A DNA stretch of 58,731 nucleotides from a virus. Its lineage: Duplodnaviria; Caudoviricetes. Each line of letters starts with the position of its first letter. Positions within the stretch are counted from its first letter, which is position 1. The position numbers were made by a program, and so were the translations under genes. Shown here piece after piece: positions 41,013 to 51,568 of this stretch. The stretch is from the IMG/VR virus record IMGVR_UViG_3300037408_000723, positions 1-58,731 of that record. The stretch is one strand, 5' to 3'. Under the pieces are notes generated by a model, which was not told the origin of the DNA, did not search any database, and saw only the letters and a list, made by a program, of their open reading frames with translations.

Positions 41013-42051
41013 ACGTAAGCAAGAAGATAAGACAACCACCGTGGGTGGTTGTCTGTCTGGAATAGAATTAGCAAAAAAGATAGCAAGTAAGTACGGTCAT
41101 ATTAGAGTTGAAGATGAGGGGGTTCCTAAGGGCGTATCAACTGGACTCATAGTATTTGATAAGTATTTTGGAACAGTTGGTGGTGGTTTCCCAATAGGAA
41201 GAATGACAGAATTATATGGAAACGAATCATCCGGAAAATCTCTTTTAGGTTATTTAGCTGGAGCAGAGATGCAGAGACGCGGTGGGTTGTTTATTTTAAT
41301 TGATGCTGAAAGATCTTATATTCAGGATAGAGCCGCGTCTTTAGGCGTTGATATAAGTAATATACTAATATATCAACCAGATAATTTAAATGAGGCATTT
41401 AAACAAGTTTATGATGTTGTAGAGACTATTCGTGATAATGATCCTGATCAAGAGGTATTCATTCTTTTTGACAGTCTTGCTGCGTTGACAACAGAAGATC
41501 ACGCAGAGAAAGCTGTTGGCGCAGCTAATATGGGAACAGAAGCAAGATTATTATCCGGAGAGTACAAAAAGCTAATTCCTATGATTAAAAATCAAAAAGT
41601 AGCTTTAGTTGTAATTAACCAGATAAGATCTAAAATAGGTGTTATGTTCGGTCAAGACTGGGATACAACCGGTGGAAATGCTACAAAGTTTTACGCCTCT
41701 GTTAGATTGCATCTTTTAAACTCAAAAAAGATTGTAGATGAGGACAAAAATATAGTTGGTATCACCGGTGCTGTTGAATTTACTAAAAATAGAATATCTA
41801 GACCATTTACACGCGCACCGTTTAACCTGTATTTTGATGATAGTTCCATAGATGTTTTAGCAGGGTTGTTCGATTATTGTACTCATAATAAGGTATTATC
41901 TCCAGCCATATCCAAATCATCTGGGAAGGAGTGGGCGGGTCATTTTGTAGTAGACGGTTTCCCAGATTTAGATATCACGAGGAATTCTTTTGATGGGATG
42001 ATTAATTCTATGCCAGAATTTAAAGAGTTTATATTATCTCAGGTAGGGTAA
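41005..42051 (+). CDS. recA: RecA/UvsX recombinase
   Basis: GFPIGRMTELYGNESSGKS, DSLAAL, INQIRSKIGVMFG and TGGNATKFYASVRL. Confidence 0.96.
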   Translation: MAKRKQEDKTTTVGGCLSGIELAKKIASKYGHIRVEDEGVPKGVSTGLIVFDKYFGTVGGGFPIGRMTELYGNESSGKSLLGYLAGAEMQRRGGLFILIDAERSYIQDRAASLGVDISNILIYQPDNLNEAFKQVYDVVETIRDNDPDQEVFILFDSLAALTTEDHAEKAVGAANMGTEARLLSGEYKKLIPMIKNQKVALVVINQIRSKIGVMFGQDWDTTGGNATKFYASVRLHLLNSKKIVDEDKNIVGITGAVEFTKNRISRPFTRAPFNLYFDDSSIDVLAGLFDYCTHNKVLSPAISKSSGKEWAGHFVVDGFPDLDITRNSFDGMINSMPEFKEFILSQVG

Positions 42052-42055
42052 TGAT

Positions 42056-43030
42056 ATGAATGATGTGTTAATTATAGATGGTAATAATGTAGCTTTTAGG
42101 GTATGGTCAACTATAGAGGAACCCTTAACGGCTAATTTTACAGCTAGTAATATAAAAGAACCAGATCTTGGCGTCAAGGGTGGCGATGATATTACTGTTG
42201 TATATGAATTGTTACGATCTTTAACAGCGTATCTAAACAATCCTTTACTAAGATCTAAGGAAGTTGTAATAGTTTGGGATTATGGAAAATCATCTTATAG
42301 GAAGGAGTTATACCCTGAGTATAAGGCTAATAGAGAATATGATGGGTCTATGCAAACATACTTTACACAGCTAGAGATCCTATATAAAATATTAAGTTGT
42401 TTTCCAGTCAGACAGTTGCGTAAAAAAAATGTTGAAGGAGACGACTTAATTGCCCTAACCTGTAAACTTTTGTCGGATAAGAAAAAAATAATAGTAACTG
42501 CTGATAAAGATTTGAGTCAGCTTGTAGATGAGAACACCTATATGTATAAGCTGGCTATGAAAAAAGATAATCACAGTATGATTACGTTAGATAACTTTAA
42601 TACAATAGATAGTAAAACTACAATACCTTCTCCAAAACATATGATAGATTATAAGGCTATTATGGGGGACCCTAGTGATAATATAGCTAAAATACAGGGG
42701 ATAGGTCCAGTAGCTATGAATGCGCTATTTTCTTTTGGAAATTTAAATGATGCTCTTGAAGCATACCTTGACAATAAGATACAAGATAGTAAATTGATAA
42801 AGACTGTAGAAACTATTATAGCTAACATAGATTTACTAAATCTTAATTATCAATTAGTGGATTTGGAGAGGGCTATTACAATAGAAAATGCGGAGTACGT
42901 GTGGGGTGTTTTGAACTCCGCTATAAAATTTGACCACGCGCTAATCCGTGTTATATTTATGCAATTAGGTTTTGTATCGTTGTTAAGTAACTTTATGGGA
43001 TTTAGTCAGGTATATTTGGATTTATCATGA
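42056..43030 (+). CDS. 5'-3' exonuclease/flap endonuclease
   Basis: IIDGNN, YPEYKANR, EGDDLI, TADKDL and GDPSDNI..IGP. Confidence 0.93.
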   Translation: MNDVLIIDGNNVAFRVWSTIEEPLTANFTASNIKEPDLGVKGGDDITVVYELLRSLTAYLNNPLLRSKEVVIVWDYGKSSYRKELYPEYKANREYDGSMQTYFTQLEILYKILSCFPVRQLRKKNVEGDDLIALTCKLLSDKKKIIVTADKDLSQLVDENTYMYKLAMKKDNHSMITLDNFNTIDSKTTIPSPKHMIDYKAIMGDPSDNIAKIQGIGPVAMNALFSFGNLNDALEAYLDNKIQDSKLIKTVETIIANIDLLNLNYQLVDLERAITIENAEYVWGVLNSAIKFDHALIRVIFMQLGFVSLLSNFMGFSQVYLDLS

Positions 43031-44055
43031 AAATTCTAATGTTGTCAGATCCACATGTTCATAAATTTAATTCATATGCGTCAGTTGTCGATAATATTCA
43101 TAGTAGGGTATTTTATACATTAGATGTGCTTAGGCAGATATTTAGCTATGCTAAAAGTAACTCTATTAAACATATTTTTATAGCTGGGGATATTTTCGAT
43201 ACAAAGTCTTATTTGGATGTAGGTGTATTTACATTGACTCAACAGATGCTAGTAAATGCCTCAAAATGGTGTAATATATATATGATTCCTGGAAATCATG
43301 ATATGGCCGAGAGGGGTAGGTACAATTCTTTGAGCACATTTAATGGTTTTGCATCTGTGTGCGACACTCCGAGGGTATTTGATTTAGGGGATACAACTGT
43401 CGGAATGATACCATTTATGTATGGGAGAAATGAAATAGTAACTGCTATACAAGAAACACGTTCTGATATATTAATAGCACATGAGGGTATTATAGGGGCT
43501 TGCATAGAAGGTAAAAGGCTTATTGAAGAGACTATTAAAAAGTCAGGAATTACTATAGATGAGGCGTTGAGTGGGGGGCATAAAAAAGTATTTTTAGGTC
43601 ATTTTCATGACCCCTTTTGTTTGGATCATCCCGATATTCAATTTATAGGGGCACCATTACACATGGACGCTAATGATGAGGGTAAGCGGGGTTTTTGGGT
43701 ATATGATACGGTAGAAAATATTTCTGATTTTATCGAGACATCATTCCCCCGCTATATTAAATTGGATGAAAAAGATTTAAAAAAAATTAAAGATGTAGAC
43801 TTGAAGGACTTATGCTCTAATAATTATGTAAGAGTAGCCATTCAGAAGATGACCCCTAAGATAAAAGCTTTGTTAGACGATTGTAATGTAACAATAGATT
43901 ATCAAAAACCAATAGAAGAGAAAGATACGAGATCAGATATTACGCTATTAGATAGTGATGAAATAATATTGGGTAAGTATGTAGATAAATACGCGGTAGA
44001 AGAGGATCGCCCAAGATTGCTACAGCTTGGCCTAGATATAATTAATGGTGAATAA
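43027..44055 (+). CDS. sbcD: SbcD/Mre11-like nuclease
   Basis: SDPH, AGDIFD, GNHD and LGHFH. Confidence 0.9.
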   Translation: MKILMLSDPHVHKFNSYASVVDNIHSRVFYTLDVLRQIFSYAKSNSIKHIFIAGDIFDTKSYLDVGVFTLTQQMLVNASKWCNIYMIPGNHDMAERGRYNSLSTFNGFASVCDTPRVFDLGDTTVGMIPFMYGRNEIVTAIQETRSDILIAHEGIIGACIEGKRLIEETIKKSGITIDEALSGGHKKVFLGHFHDPFCLDHPDIQFIGAPLHMDANDEGKRGFWVYDTVENISDFIETSFPRYIKLDEKDLKKIKDVDLKDLCSNNYVRVAIQKMTPKIKALLDDCNVTIDYQKPIEEKDTRSDITLLDSDEIILGKYVDKYAVEEDRPRLLQLGLDIINGE

Positions 44056-44057
44056 TA

Positions 44058-45995
44058 ATGTTGAGATTAAAAACTATAACAGTTAAAAATTTTAAAGTTT
44101 TCGGGGAGTACACCTATAATCTTGATAATAGAGGATTGACCATGTTATGTGGTAAGGTTATATGTGCAGATTCTGCCGACTCTAATGGTGCCGGAAAAAC
44201 TAGTTTTTTTGATGCCATATCTTACGCAATGTTTGGAAAATTGATATCCGGCCTAACAGCGAACTCTGTTATTAATAACAAGACAGAAGGTGGCATGGAA
44301 GTAACACTTATAATAGACAAAGATGGACAGGAAATAAAGATATCTAGATTTAGACGAGATAAGAAATATGGTGACTCGGTATTTTTATGGGTAGATAAGG
44401 AGCTTTTTAATGGAGATACGAGCAAGGACACACAAAGTGTTATTAATGATATTATTGGCCTTAGTTTCGATTTGTTCATTAATGGTTATCTATTCGGTCA
44501 AGGGGTATCAAAATTCTTTACAGGACTCCCAGACTCTGGGCAAAAAGAAATACTTGAAACAATACTTGATACAAAAAGATTCTCCACGTATTTGGATAAA
44601 ACTAGAAATTTAATAAAAGATATAAAAAAAGAAGATAATGAGAATAAGCAACTTCTGCAGAGACTTTCTACAAAAAAAGATGCCATATTAAAATCAATCA
44701 AACAACTTGAGATCTCTAACAAAGAATATATAAGTAAGATCGAGGAGAAATTAATAGTTTTATTAACTAAATTAGAATCTTTGGAGATTGACAATACACA
44801 CACCGATGAAAAATTAAATAATGACAAAAAGGAATTAGAGAATACTTTAGAAGATTTAATAAAAGAATATCCAGTAACCCTACAAGTTATGGAAGATAAG
44901 TTAGAGCAAGTAAAATTAGAGGAGACTGGGTACGAGAACGCCTTAAAGGAATTATCCTATATTTCGGATATAAAAGCAGAAATTAAATTATTACAGGATG
45001 TTAAATATAATATTTTATCGTTGTCTGGAGCAACATGCTCTCAGTGTGGTCAAGAAGTATCTAAAGATCACGCCGCGAAGGAAATATTAAGATTAATAAA
45101 TAAAATAGCTTCTTTGAAAAATAATATAACTGAAGCGGAAGACATAAAATTTACTGTTGATAAAAATTTAAAAAACATAAGGGAAAAAAAGCAAAGTATT
45201 TCGAAAGATATAACCGATTATAGCAATGATACACAGATTAAATTGCACAATCTTAGATATGAAATAAAAAATATACAAAGGACAATAGATCTAAATGCTG
45301 AATCATCCAAAAGATCAGAGCTACAGTATAATACTTTGATGGAGGAAGTGGAGCATTTACAAGCAGATCCTTCACCCTTTGAACAACCTCTAAAAAAGCA
45401 AAACAATGAGTTGTCTAAAGTAAACTCGGATATAATTAAAGTAGAAGATAAATTATCAAATACAGAATACATTATTAATGATTTAATATTTTGGGAGACG
45501 GCTTTCGGATCAAGCGGTATTAGATCACTAGTATTAGATAGCATAACACCAGTATTAAATGAAAAAGCTAATGAATATTCTAAAATAATGACAGATGGGT
45601 CTATTCGTATAACATTTAATACTCAAAGATTATTATCAGATGGTAAAACTTTAAAAGATGAGTTTCGTGTAGACACTGAAAACATATTAGGATCTGTTGA
45701 ATATAAGGGTAACTCAACGGGGGAGCGTAGAAGAATAGATATATGTGTTTTAATGGCCTTGCAATATTTAGCTCAACATCGTTCTAATAACGCTATTAAC
45801 GCTATATTTTTTGATGAAGTTTTTGAATCTTTGGATAAAACCGGGAGAGAAAGAGCTATGAATCTTTTAGAGTATATATCTAAAGATTTTTCATCTATAT
45901 TTGTTATATCACACAATGATGATCTTATAAATCGTTTTGATAATATTATTACAATAGTAAAAAATAAAGAGGGGGTAAGCTGTCTTGAATCCTAA
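44058..45995 (+). CDS. sbcC: SbcC/Rad50-like ATPase
   Basis: NGAGKTS, CSQC zinc hook, STGE, FFDEVFESLD and ISH. Confidence 0.93.
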   Translation: MLRLKTITVKNFKVFGEYTYNLDNRGLTMLCGKVICADSADSNGAGKTSFFDAISYAMFGKLISGLTANSVINNKTEGGMEVTLIIDKDGQEIKISRFRRDKKYGDSVFLWVDKELFNGDTSKDTQSVINDIIGLSFDLFINGYLFGQGVSKFFTGLPDSGQKEILETILDTKRFSTYLDKTRNLIKDIKKEDNENKQLLQRLSTKKDAILKSIKQLEISNKEYISKIEEKLIVLLTKLESLEIDNTHTDEKLNNDKKELENTLEDLIKEYPVTLQVMEDKLEQVKLEETGYENALKELSYISDIKAEIKLLQDVKYNILSLSGATCSQCGQEVSKDHAAKEILRLINKIASLKNNITEAEDIKFTVDKNLKNIREKKQSISKDITDYSNDTQIKLHNLRYEIKNIQRTIDLNAESSKRSELQYNTLMEEVEHLQADPSPFEQPLKKQNNELSKVNSDIIKVEDKLSNTEYIINDLIFWETAFGSSGIRSLVLDSITPVLNEKANEYSKIMTDGSIRITFNTQRLLSDGKTLKDEFRVDTENILGSVEYKGNSTGERRRIDICVLMALQYLAQHRSNNAINAIFFDEVFESLDKTGRERAMNLLEYISKDFSSIFVISHNDDLINRFDNIITIVKNKEGVSCLES

Positions 45996-46218
45996 AATAT
46001 GCCCCTATTTTAATAATAAAGACCAGCAGTGTAAGAAGTGTCTTAAAAATATTAAGAGAAAATATTTTGAGAAACTAAACAGGCGTGTATGCCCTATATG
46101 TGGAAGGACATTTTTACGAAAATCTAAATATCAAGTATTTTGTGATAAATCTACTTGTCGTAATAAATCAAATGATATTCAAGCATATGGGAAAACATTT
46201 ATGATAGGGAGAGTTTAG
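45985..46218 (+). CDS. Small Cys-rich zinc-finger protein
   Basis: CPY..CKKC..CPICGRTF..FC....C; TTG start. Confidence 0.55.
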   Translation: MNPKICPYFNNKDQQCKKCLKNIKRKYFEKLNRRVCPICGRTFLRKSKYQVFCDKSTCRNKSNDIQAYGKTFMIGRV

Positions 46219-46560
46219 GTGTCAAAAAAATATTCTTGTTTTTTTTGTTATAAACAATTACAACCGTACACGTTTAGCAGTGCTGGTAATGTCCAATATT
46301 ATTGGTGCGGGTCATGTCGAGCAGAGTGGTCGGAACATGACATAAATGTTATGTTATCAGATATGGAACCTTTGGAGAGAGAGATTTATGAAAAAACGGA
46401 GGAACAATTAAATGATAATGGAATAATATTTATATCTAATGGTGTAGAAGGGATTACTGAAGAGAATATAGTATTGGACTCATTATTAGCTATTAATGAA
46501 TCAAAAGATGAATCTGATAGTTTAATGAAAGATTATGAATCTGAGATAGAGGAGATTTAA
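46219..46560 (+). CDS. Zinc-ribbon hypothetical protein
   Basis: CFFC..CGSC and an acidic tail. Confidence 0.55.
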   Translation: MSKKYSCFFCYKQLQPYTFSSAGNVQYYWCGSCRAEWSEHDINVMLSDMEPLEREIYEKTEEQLNDNGIIFISNGVEGITEENIVLDSLLAINESKDESDSLMKDYESEIEEI

Positions 46561-46561
46561 A

Positions 46562-47257
46562 ATGGGATATAGGGAAGTATTAATACAACGAGTAATAAAT
46601 TCTTTACGTGATCTAAATGTGGTACAGCTTATTGCTATTCAGAGTTTAATGGATGCCTTTTATTTACAAGGCGTCCCAAAAAATGATATAATTGATAGCC
46701 CAAAACACCATGTAAATTCGGCACCAGTATCTGTAAATATTGTCGGTAATCAAGATAAGCAGGTAGAAGTACTAGAGGATTTATTAGACCGGCATTCACC
46801 AGAAAGTATTTTTAAAGCATTAGCAAACGATGAAGTCGTTTTAGAAGATGAACAAGAGTTAATAGTCCGGCAACTTCCTGTTGATAAACCAAAAGATGTT
46901 ATACAAGAACCCGTTAAACCAATAGTGTTAAATATTAAATCGGAGATACCTTTACCGGAAGCTTTTAGAAGCGGTAATATGTTAAAAGCTCTAGGAGATT
47001 ATGTTGGGGTGGCTGTTATAGATAGTAAACAAATGGAGGATTTACATAGTTGGGTGAGGGGATTTACTGAGCAACAAATATTACAAGCCTTTCAGTTAGC
47101 AAGATCGAGGGGGTCTTATAATTTAAAATCTGTGGGGCATATGTTAACTCAATATTTTACAGCACCGAATGACCAGAGTGTGCAAAATAAAGACGTTATG
47201 CCGCAGCACGATAAATTCACATTTAAAAAAGTAACAGCGGACTACTGGCAAGATTAA
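46562..47257 (+). CDS. Hypothetical protein with possible DnaD-like C-terminal domain
   Basis: FTEQQILQAFQLARSRGSYNLKSVGHMLTQY; RBS GAGGAG. Confidence 0.45.
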   Translation: MGYREVLIQRVINSLRDLNVVQLIAIQSLMDAFYLQGVPKNDIIDSPKHHVNSAPVSVNIVGNQDKQVEVLEDLLDRHSPESIFKALANDEVVLEDEQELIVRQLPVDKPKDVIQEPVKPIVLNIKSEIPLPEAFRSGNMLKALGDYVGVAVIDSKQMEDLHSWVRGFTEQQILQAFQLARSRGSYNLKSVGHMLTQYFTAPNDQSVQNKDVMPQHDKFTFKKVTADYWQD

Positions 47258-47269
47258 AGGTATTTATAT

Positions 47270-48481
47270 ATGAGTAATGAAAAACATAAACTTGCTATAA
47301 CGGAGTATAAAATAGACCCAAAATATCGTATAGAAGAGTTCCGAGGGGTGTCGCTGGAGGGGCTTTCCAGAGAGGACCTTATACGTATTTTAAACTATAA
47401 AGGTTTAAGGTTATCTCATGTTAATGCTTCTCAGGAACGTATAAAAGATGTAATATTAAAGGTTGAGGAGACTGGTTTTAATAACTTACCTGATTTTGTA
47501 AAACCGATGTCATCAATAAGATATTCAGCAATAGAAAAAATACACCTTTTGAGACAACATGGCCTAATTACTAATAATTCCATACCAGAAAAAGATATAG
47601 AAGAAGCTTATACATGTATAGTGGAACACAAGGATATATCTTCTGATAACAAGTGTCTCCCGGAAAATTATAGGGTATTGGTTGTACCGGAGGTTAGTCA
47701 AGACGTGTCCCTATTGAATAAGCATGGTTTTAAAGATGAAGAAGATTTTAAAAAACAATCAGCAATATACTATGCTTTTATTATAAAAAGGCTCCCAAGG
47801 GAAGAGATCAAGAGACAGTATGGGCTAACTTATAATGAGATATATGCGGCGGTTAAAAAGGTAAGGGAATTTCATTCATCAGAATCGTTTTTACCATCTG
47901 TAGAGATATATGATGCGATTGAAGAATCAAAAAGATCTATAGAGCAATTATATACCATAACTGAGTCTTCTAAAGAGCGTATTGATGAGTTTGATAAATT
48001 AACAAACGAGAGTTATTTAACATTTATTAAAGAGGAAGAAAATCGTTTTGGTGATAAGATAATTATTATGAAGGGTATAGCAAAGGAGCGTGCCGTTCTT
48101 GTAGATTCCTATTTAAAATCTGTAAAAGAGTTAAGAACAGAAAGAGAACATGAATTAGAATTAAAAGGTTTAATAGGGACGCCCGTTAATCTTAATCAAA
48201 TAAATGTATATAATAATCTTCAAAACCCATCCGATCCACCATTAAAAGCTAATTCAGATAAACCTGTCGATGATACCATGCAATTAATGACACAAATGAC
48301 TACAGATAATATAGATTATGAATCTTATATTCCATATTTATCCAATCAGGATCAAGCAATATTTAAGAGTATTTTGGATAAAATAGTTCAATTATACTTT
48401 AAAGACCAAGAGGGTACTTTAAAAAATATAGATATACCAGAGGAAAATATAATAGACGCAACCTTCGAGGATAGGTTATGA
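47270..48481 (+). CDS. Hypothetical protein, candidate terminase small subunit
   Basis: ATGA overlap with terL; HTH-like segment followed by a coiled coil. Confidence 0.45.
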   Translation: MSNEKHKLAITEYKIDPKYRIEEFRGVSLEGLSREDLIRILNYKGLRLSHVNASQERIKDVILKVEETGFNNLPDFVKPMSSIRYSAIEKIHLLRQHGLITNNSIPEKDIEEAYTCIVEHKDISSDNKCLPENYRVLVVPEVSQDVSLLNKHGFKDEEDFKKQSAIYYAFIIKRLPREEIKRQYGLTYNEIYAAVKKVREFHSSESFLPSVEIYDAIEESKRSIEQLYTITESSKERIDEFDKLTNESYLTFIKEEENRFGDKIIIMKGIAKERAVLVDSYLKSVKELRTEREHELELKGLIGTPVNLNQINVYNNLQNPSDPPLKANSDKPVDDTMQLMTQMTTDNIDYESYIPYLSNQDQAIFKSILDKIVQLYFKDQEGTLKNIDIPEENIIDATFEDRL

Positions 48482-50094
48482 ATCTAAACGCACTTATTAA
48501 AAATAAAATATCAGAGGTACCACACCTGTGGGTACAGAAGTATAGAACACTTAAAGGAAAGCCATATAGGTTTTTCGATCCTGTTATAAAGCAGGCTCAA
48601 AGACCCTTTTTAGTACAAATGCTCGACGATCAACATCCAAAGAAGACATGTGAAAAATCCAGGCAAGCCGGGGTTTCAGAAAACAACGTATCAGAAATAT
48701 TATATTTGTGTAATAGATACTCCTTTAAGAAGTTTATGTATTTGTTTCCTACTAGAGATCAAATGCGTGACTTTGTAAGATCTCGAGTAGATTCTGCTAT
48801 TGAAGAAAGTCCTTACATCAAGATGAGAGTTTGTAAGGACAAGAACTCTCAAGCGTTTAAGAGGGTAGCAAATTGTGATTTATTTTTCAGAAGTGGTGGA
48901 AAAGGAAATCAAGCAGAGGGTGTCGATTCTGATGGTGTTTGGTTTGATGAACGAGATCGTATGACAAGTTCTAATTTGGACGCCTTTAGGCAGGGACTAA
49001 AATCATCAGACCTAGCTCTTATACGTGATGTGTCCACACCATCCTTACCGGGATATGGTGTAGATATTAGTTTTCAACTAAGTGATAAGAAATATTGGTT
49101 TGTTCGTTGTACAAAGTGCGGGCATTGGCAGAATATACAGTTTTCTAAATCAATAGTTAAAATAAAGGCAGAGTGTAGGTACGCATATAGATGTTTAAAG
49201 TGTTCTGGTATAGATTGTATTGATCGTACTAACGGGGAGTGGGTCCCTGAAATAACAGATAGACAATGTGAATGGTCTGGTTATCATCTTTCTCAGTTAG
49301 ATTGTCCATGGATACCATTAGAGGATATATTAAAAGATTATAAAAGAATGATACCGCAACTGTTCTTTAATTATGTTTTAGGGCTTCCTTATGTAGGCTC
49401 TAATTTATTAATAGTACAGAGCGATATAAATAATAGTATAGATTCTACTATAGAAAGTATACAAAAGACGGGTCAATACGTTATTGGTGTTGATTGGGGA
49501 GATACCTCTTGGGCGGTAGTAGGAAAGGTTGTACAAGGGAAATTGTTGATAGTTCATTATGAACGCTTAAATTATTTAGATCCAGAACTTCATATAAAAA
49601 GAGTTTTAGAGTTAATAGATTCATGGAAGGCACAGTTATGTGTTTGTGATAAAGGATACGGAAGGGATCGTAATTCTATACTTATAAAAGAACGTCCAAA
49701 CATAGTTTGGGAATGTTATTATGTAGACGGTGCTGGAGTAAAAATTTTAGATAATCAGTGGAATAGTAACAGTTATCGTATCACATCTAATAGAACAGTA
49801 ACATTAAAAGTTATGTCTCGAGCGTGGAGATCCGGGGAATTTATACTACCAAAAAGACTGGTGTATAATAATAAAGAATCGAAGACATATTTTGATCACC
49901 TCAAATCTTTGGCTATAAAAGTAAATGAAATTTCAGAGGGGGTGTTCTGGGAATCAGTAGGTAATATGGGCCCAGATCATTTTGCGCATGCTACAAATTA
50001 TGCGTTAATAGCGATGTATAAAATTATCAATAGGAATTACGGAACCTTGGGATTCCTTGACTCTACGCTCCCTTCTAAAATAGTGTTACCATAG
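48478..50094 (+). CDS. Terminase large subunit
   Basis: KSRQAGVSE, WFDERD, VSTPS, IGVDWG and DHFAHA. Confidence 0.92.
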   Translation: MNLNALIKNKISEVPHLWVQKYRTLKGKPYRFFDPVIKQAQRPFLVQMLDDQHPKKTCEKSRQAGVSENNVSEILYLCNRYSFKKFMYLFPTRDQMRDFVRSRVDSAIEESPYIKMRVCKDKNSQAFKRVANCDLFFRSGGKGNQAEGVDSDGVWFDERDRMTSSNLDAFRQGLKSSDLALIRDVSTPSLPGYGVDISFQLSDKKYWFVRCTKCGHWQNIQFSKSIVKIKAECRYAYRCLKCSGIDCIDRTNGEWVPEITDRQCEWSGYHLSQLDCPWIPLEDILKDYKRMIPQLFFNYVLGLPYVGSNLLIVQSDINNSIDSTIESIQKTGQYVIGVDWGDTSWAVVGKVVQGKLLIVHYERLNYLDPELHIKRVLELIDSWKAQLCVCDKGYGRDRNSILIKERPNIVWECYYVDGAGVKILDNQWNSNSYRITSNRTVTLKVMSRAWRSGEFILPKRLVYNNKESKTYFDHLKSLAIKVNEISEGVFWESVGNMGPDHFAHATNYALIAMYKIINRNYGTLGFLDSTLPSKIVLP

Positions 50095-50161
50095 TGTACG
50101 TAAATTATAATTAATATAGCAGACACGAGTTAGTCGTATAGAAAATTATAGGAGGATTTAA

Positions 50162-51487
50162 ATGACCTTAAAAAAGAAAAAAGAAGTAAAGATGGATTCC
50201 ATGTGCCCAATCTTTCAAAAAGTTGGTATGGATGCGTTATTATTAGATTTAGATAGTAGAGTTGCAGCGTTACAGGCTGGTAATCTTGGAGAAGGGTCTG
50301 TGGACACTATAGAAATTAAAGATGGGGCTGTTACGTTAAGTAAGTTGGCCACCGGTGTGCTCTCCCAATTACACACTCATACTGATAAAGAAGCCTTAGA
50401 TAATATAATTTTGGCATTATCTGTCGATACTGAAACCGGGTATGTAACTAATGTTAATGATTTAGTTCAATCTGGAAATGTTAGGATGGACCAAGGGATG
50501 GTTTTGTTTAAAAATCGTTCAACGGGGCTATATGATGAGGTAATAAAATATGAGAGTGATAATACTTTAACGCTTGGCGGTGTTAATAGTAACGGTGTAT
50601 CGTTACTTAATAATAAATATTATAAGGTTGAAAATACCTTTGGAGATCCGATACATATCGCAGGTGTTGATACATCTAATAATATGATATTTGGTGATTA
50701 TAGCGCTAATAGGATTAAATTTAAATTTGGCGGTATGGACGAAGGTACCTATGGTTTGGAGCTTATTAATCAGGGGGATATCCTCGTTAAAAAGGCAATA
50801 CATATAGGATCAGAAGTACATACGGTTGTTGGTGGAGAACTGGATATTACGGATGTTCAGACAGATGCTAATTCAGGAACTGCTGGTATTGGTTTAGCAT
50901 CCTATAGAAATACGGATATTTGGGGTAGTTTTGTTTACGGTATTAGATATCGCGGAAGTCAGGAAACCCCCGCAGCATGTCAAGCTGAAGACGTTATGAT
51001 GGAGGTTGGTTGTTTAGGTTTTGATGGTTCTAATGTTAATGGTGGCGGAGAACTTATGTGGGTAGTGGACGGTGTTGTTGAATCCGGTAAAATACCAACC
51101 CGTGCGGAACTCTATGTTACAAAATCAGATGGAACAACGTCATTAGGAATGAAGATAGATAAATCCCTTAAAGCCCACTTTTATGGAGACATACAATTAG
51201 CCGGAGACATTACCGATGGCACAAATTCGGCTAATTTGGAAGATATAAAATCCGCTGTGGATACTAAATACAAATCATTAGGAACTTGTACTTTAAGTAA
51301 TGGATTAACAAGTACTGTTGTATTGGATTCTAATATCGCGTCTTCTAGTAAAATATTTTTACAAGCAACAAGTGCGACAGCGTCTGCTAGTGCAGCATAT
51401 ATTAGTGCCATTGTAGATGGAACATCCTTTACTATAACACACGCTGTATCAGATGGATCAGAAACATTTAATTACATATCATTCTAA
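50162..51487 (+). CDS. Stand-alone fibre-like virion protein
   Basis: IKDGAVTLSKLA, LHTH, RGSQETPAA..GD-type module and C-terminal GTSFTITH..TFNY; RBS AGGAGG. Confidence 0.65.
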   Translation: MTLKKKKEVKMDSMCPIFQKVGMDALLLDLDSRVAALQAGNLGEGSVDTIEIKDGAVTLSKLATGVLSQLHTHTDKEALDNIILALSVDTETGYVTNVNDLVQSGNVRMDQGMVLFKNRSTGLYDEVIKYESDNTLTLGGVNSNGVSLLNNKYYKVENTFGDPIHIAGVDTSNNMIFGDYSANRIKFKFGGMDEGTYGLELINQGDILVKKAIHIGSEVHTVVGGELDITDVQTDANSGTAGIGLASYRNTDIWGSFVYGIRYRGSQETPAACQAEDVMMEVGCLGFDGSNVNGGGELMWVVDGVVESGKIPTRAELYVTKSDGTTSLGMKIDKSLKAHFYGDIQLAGDITDGTNSANLEDIKSAVDTKYKSLGTCTLSNGLTSTVVLDSNIASSSKIFLQATSATASASAAYISAIVDGTSFTITHAVSDGSETFNYISF

Positions 51488-51491
51488 AACA

Positions 51492-51524
51492 TAAGCAAGG
51501 GGCACCCCGTGTGCCCCTTGCTTA
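51492..51524 (+). terminator. Perfect 14-bp stem-loop after the fibre gene
   Basis: TAAGCAAGGGGCAC-CCCGT-GTGCCCCTTGCTTA; no long T tract. Confidence 0.7.
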
Positions 51525-51568
51525 ACATAAATCGCCATTACTATACGGTACAAGTTTAAACGTCCAAG

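Noticed and set aside
30533-50094. Inteins or group I introns in helicase, PolA, RecA or terminase
   Set aside because: The ORFs are uninterrupted and of ordinary length, with no intein or homing endonuclease motifs seen.
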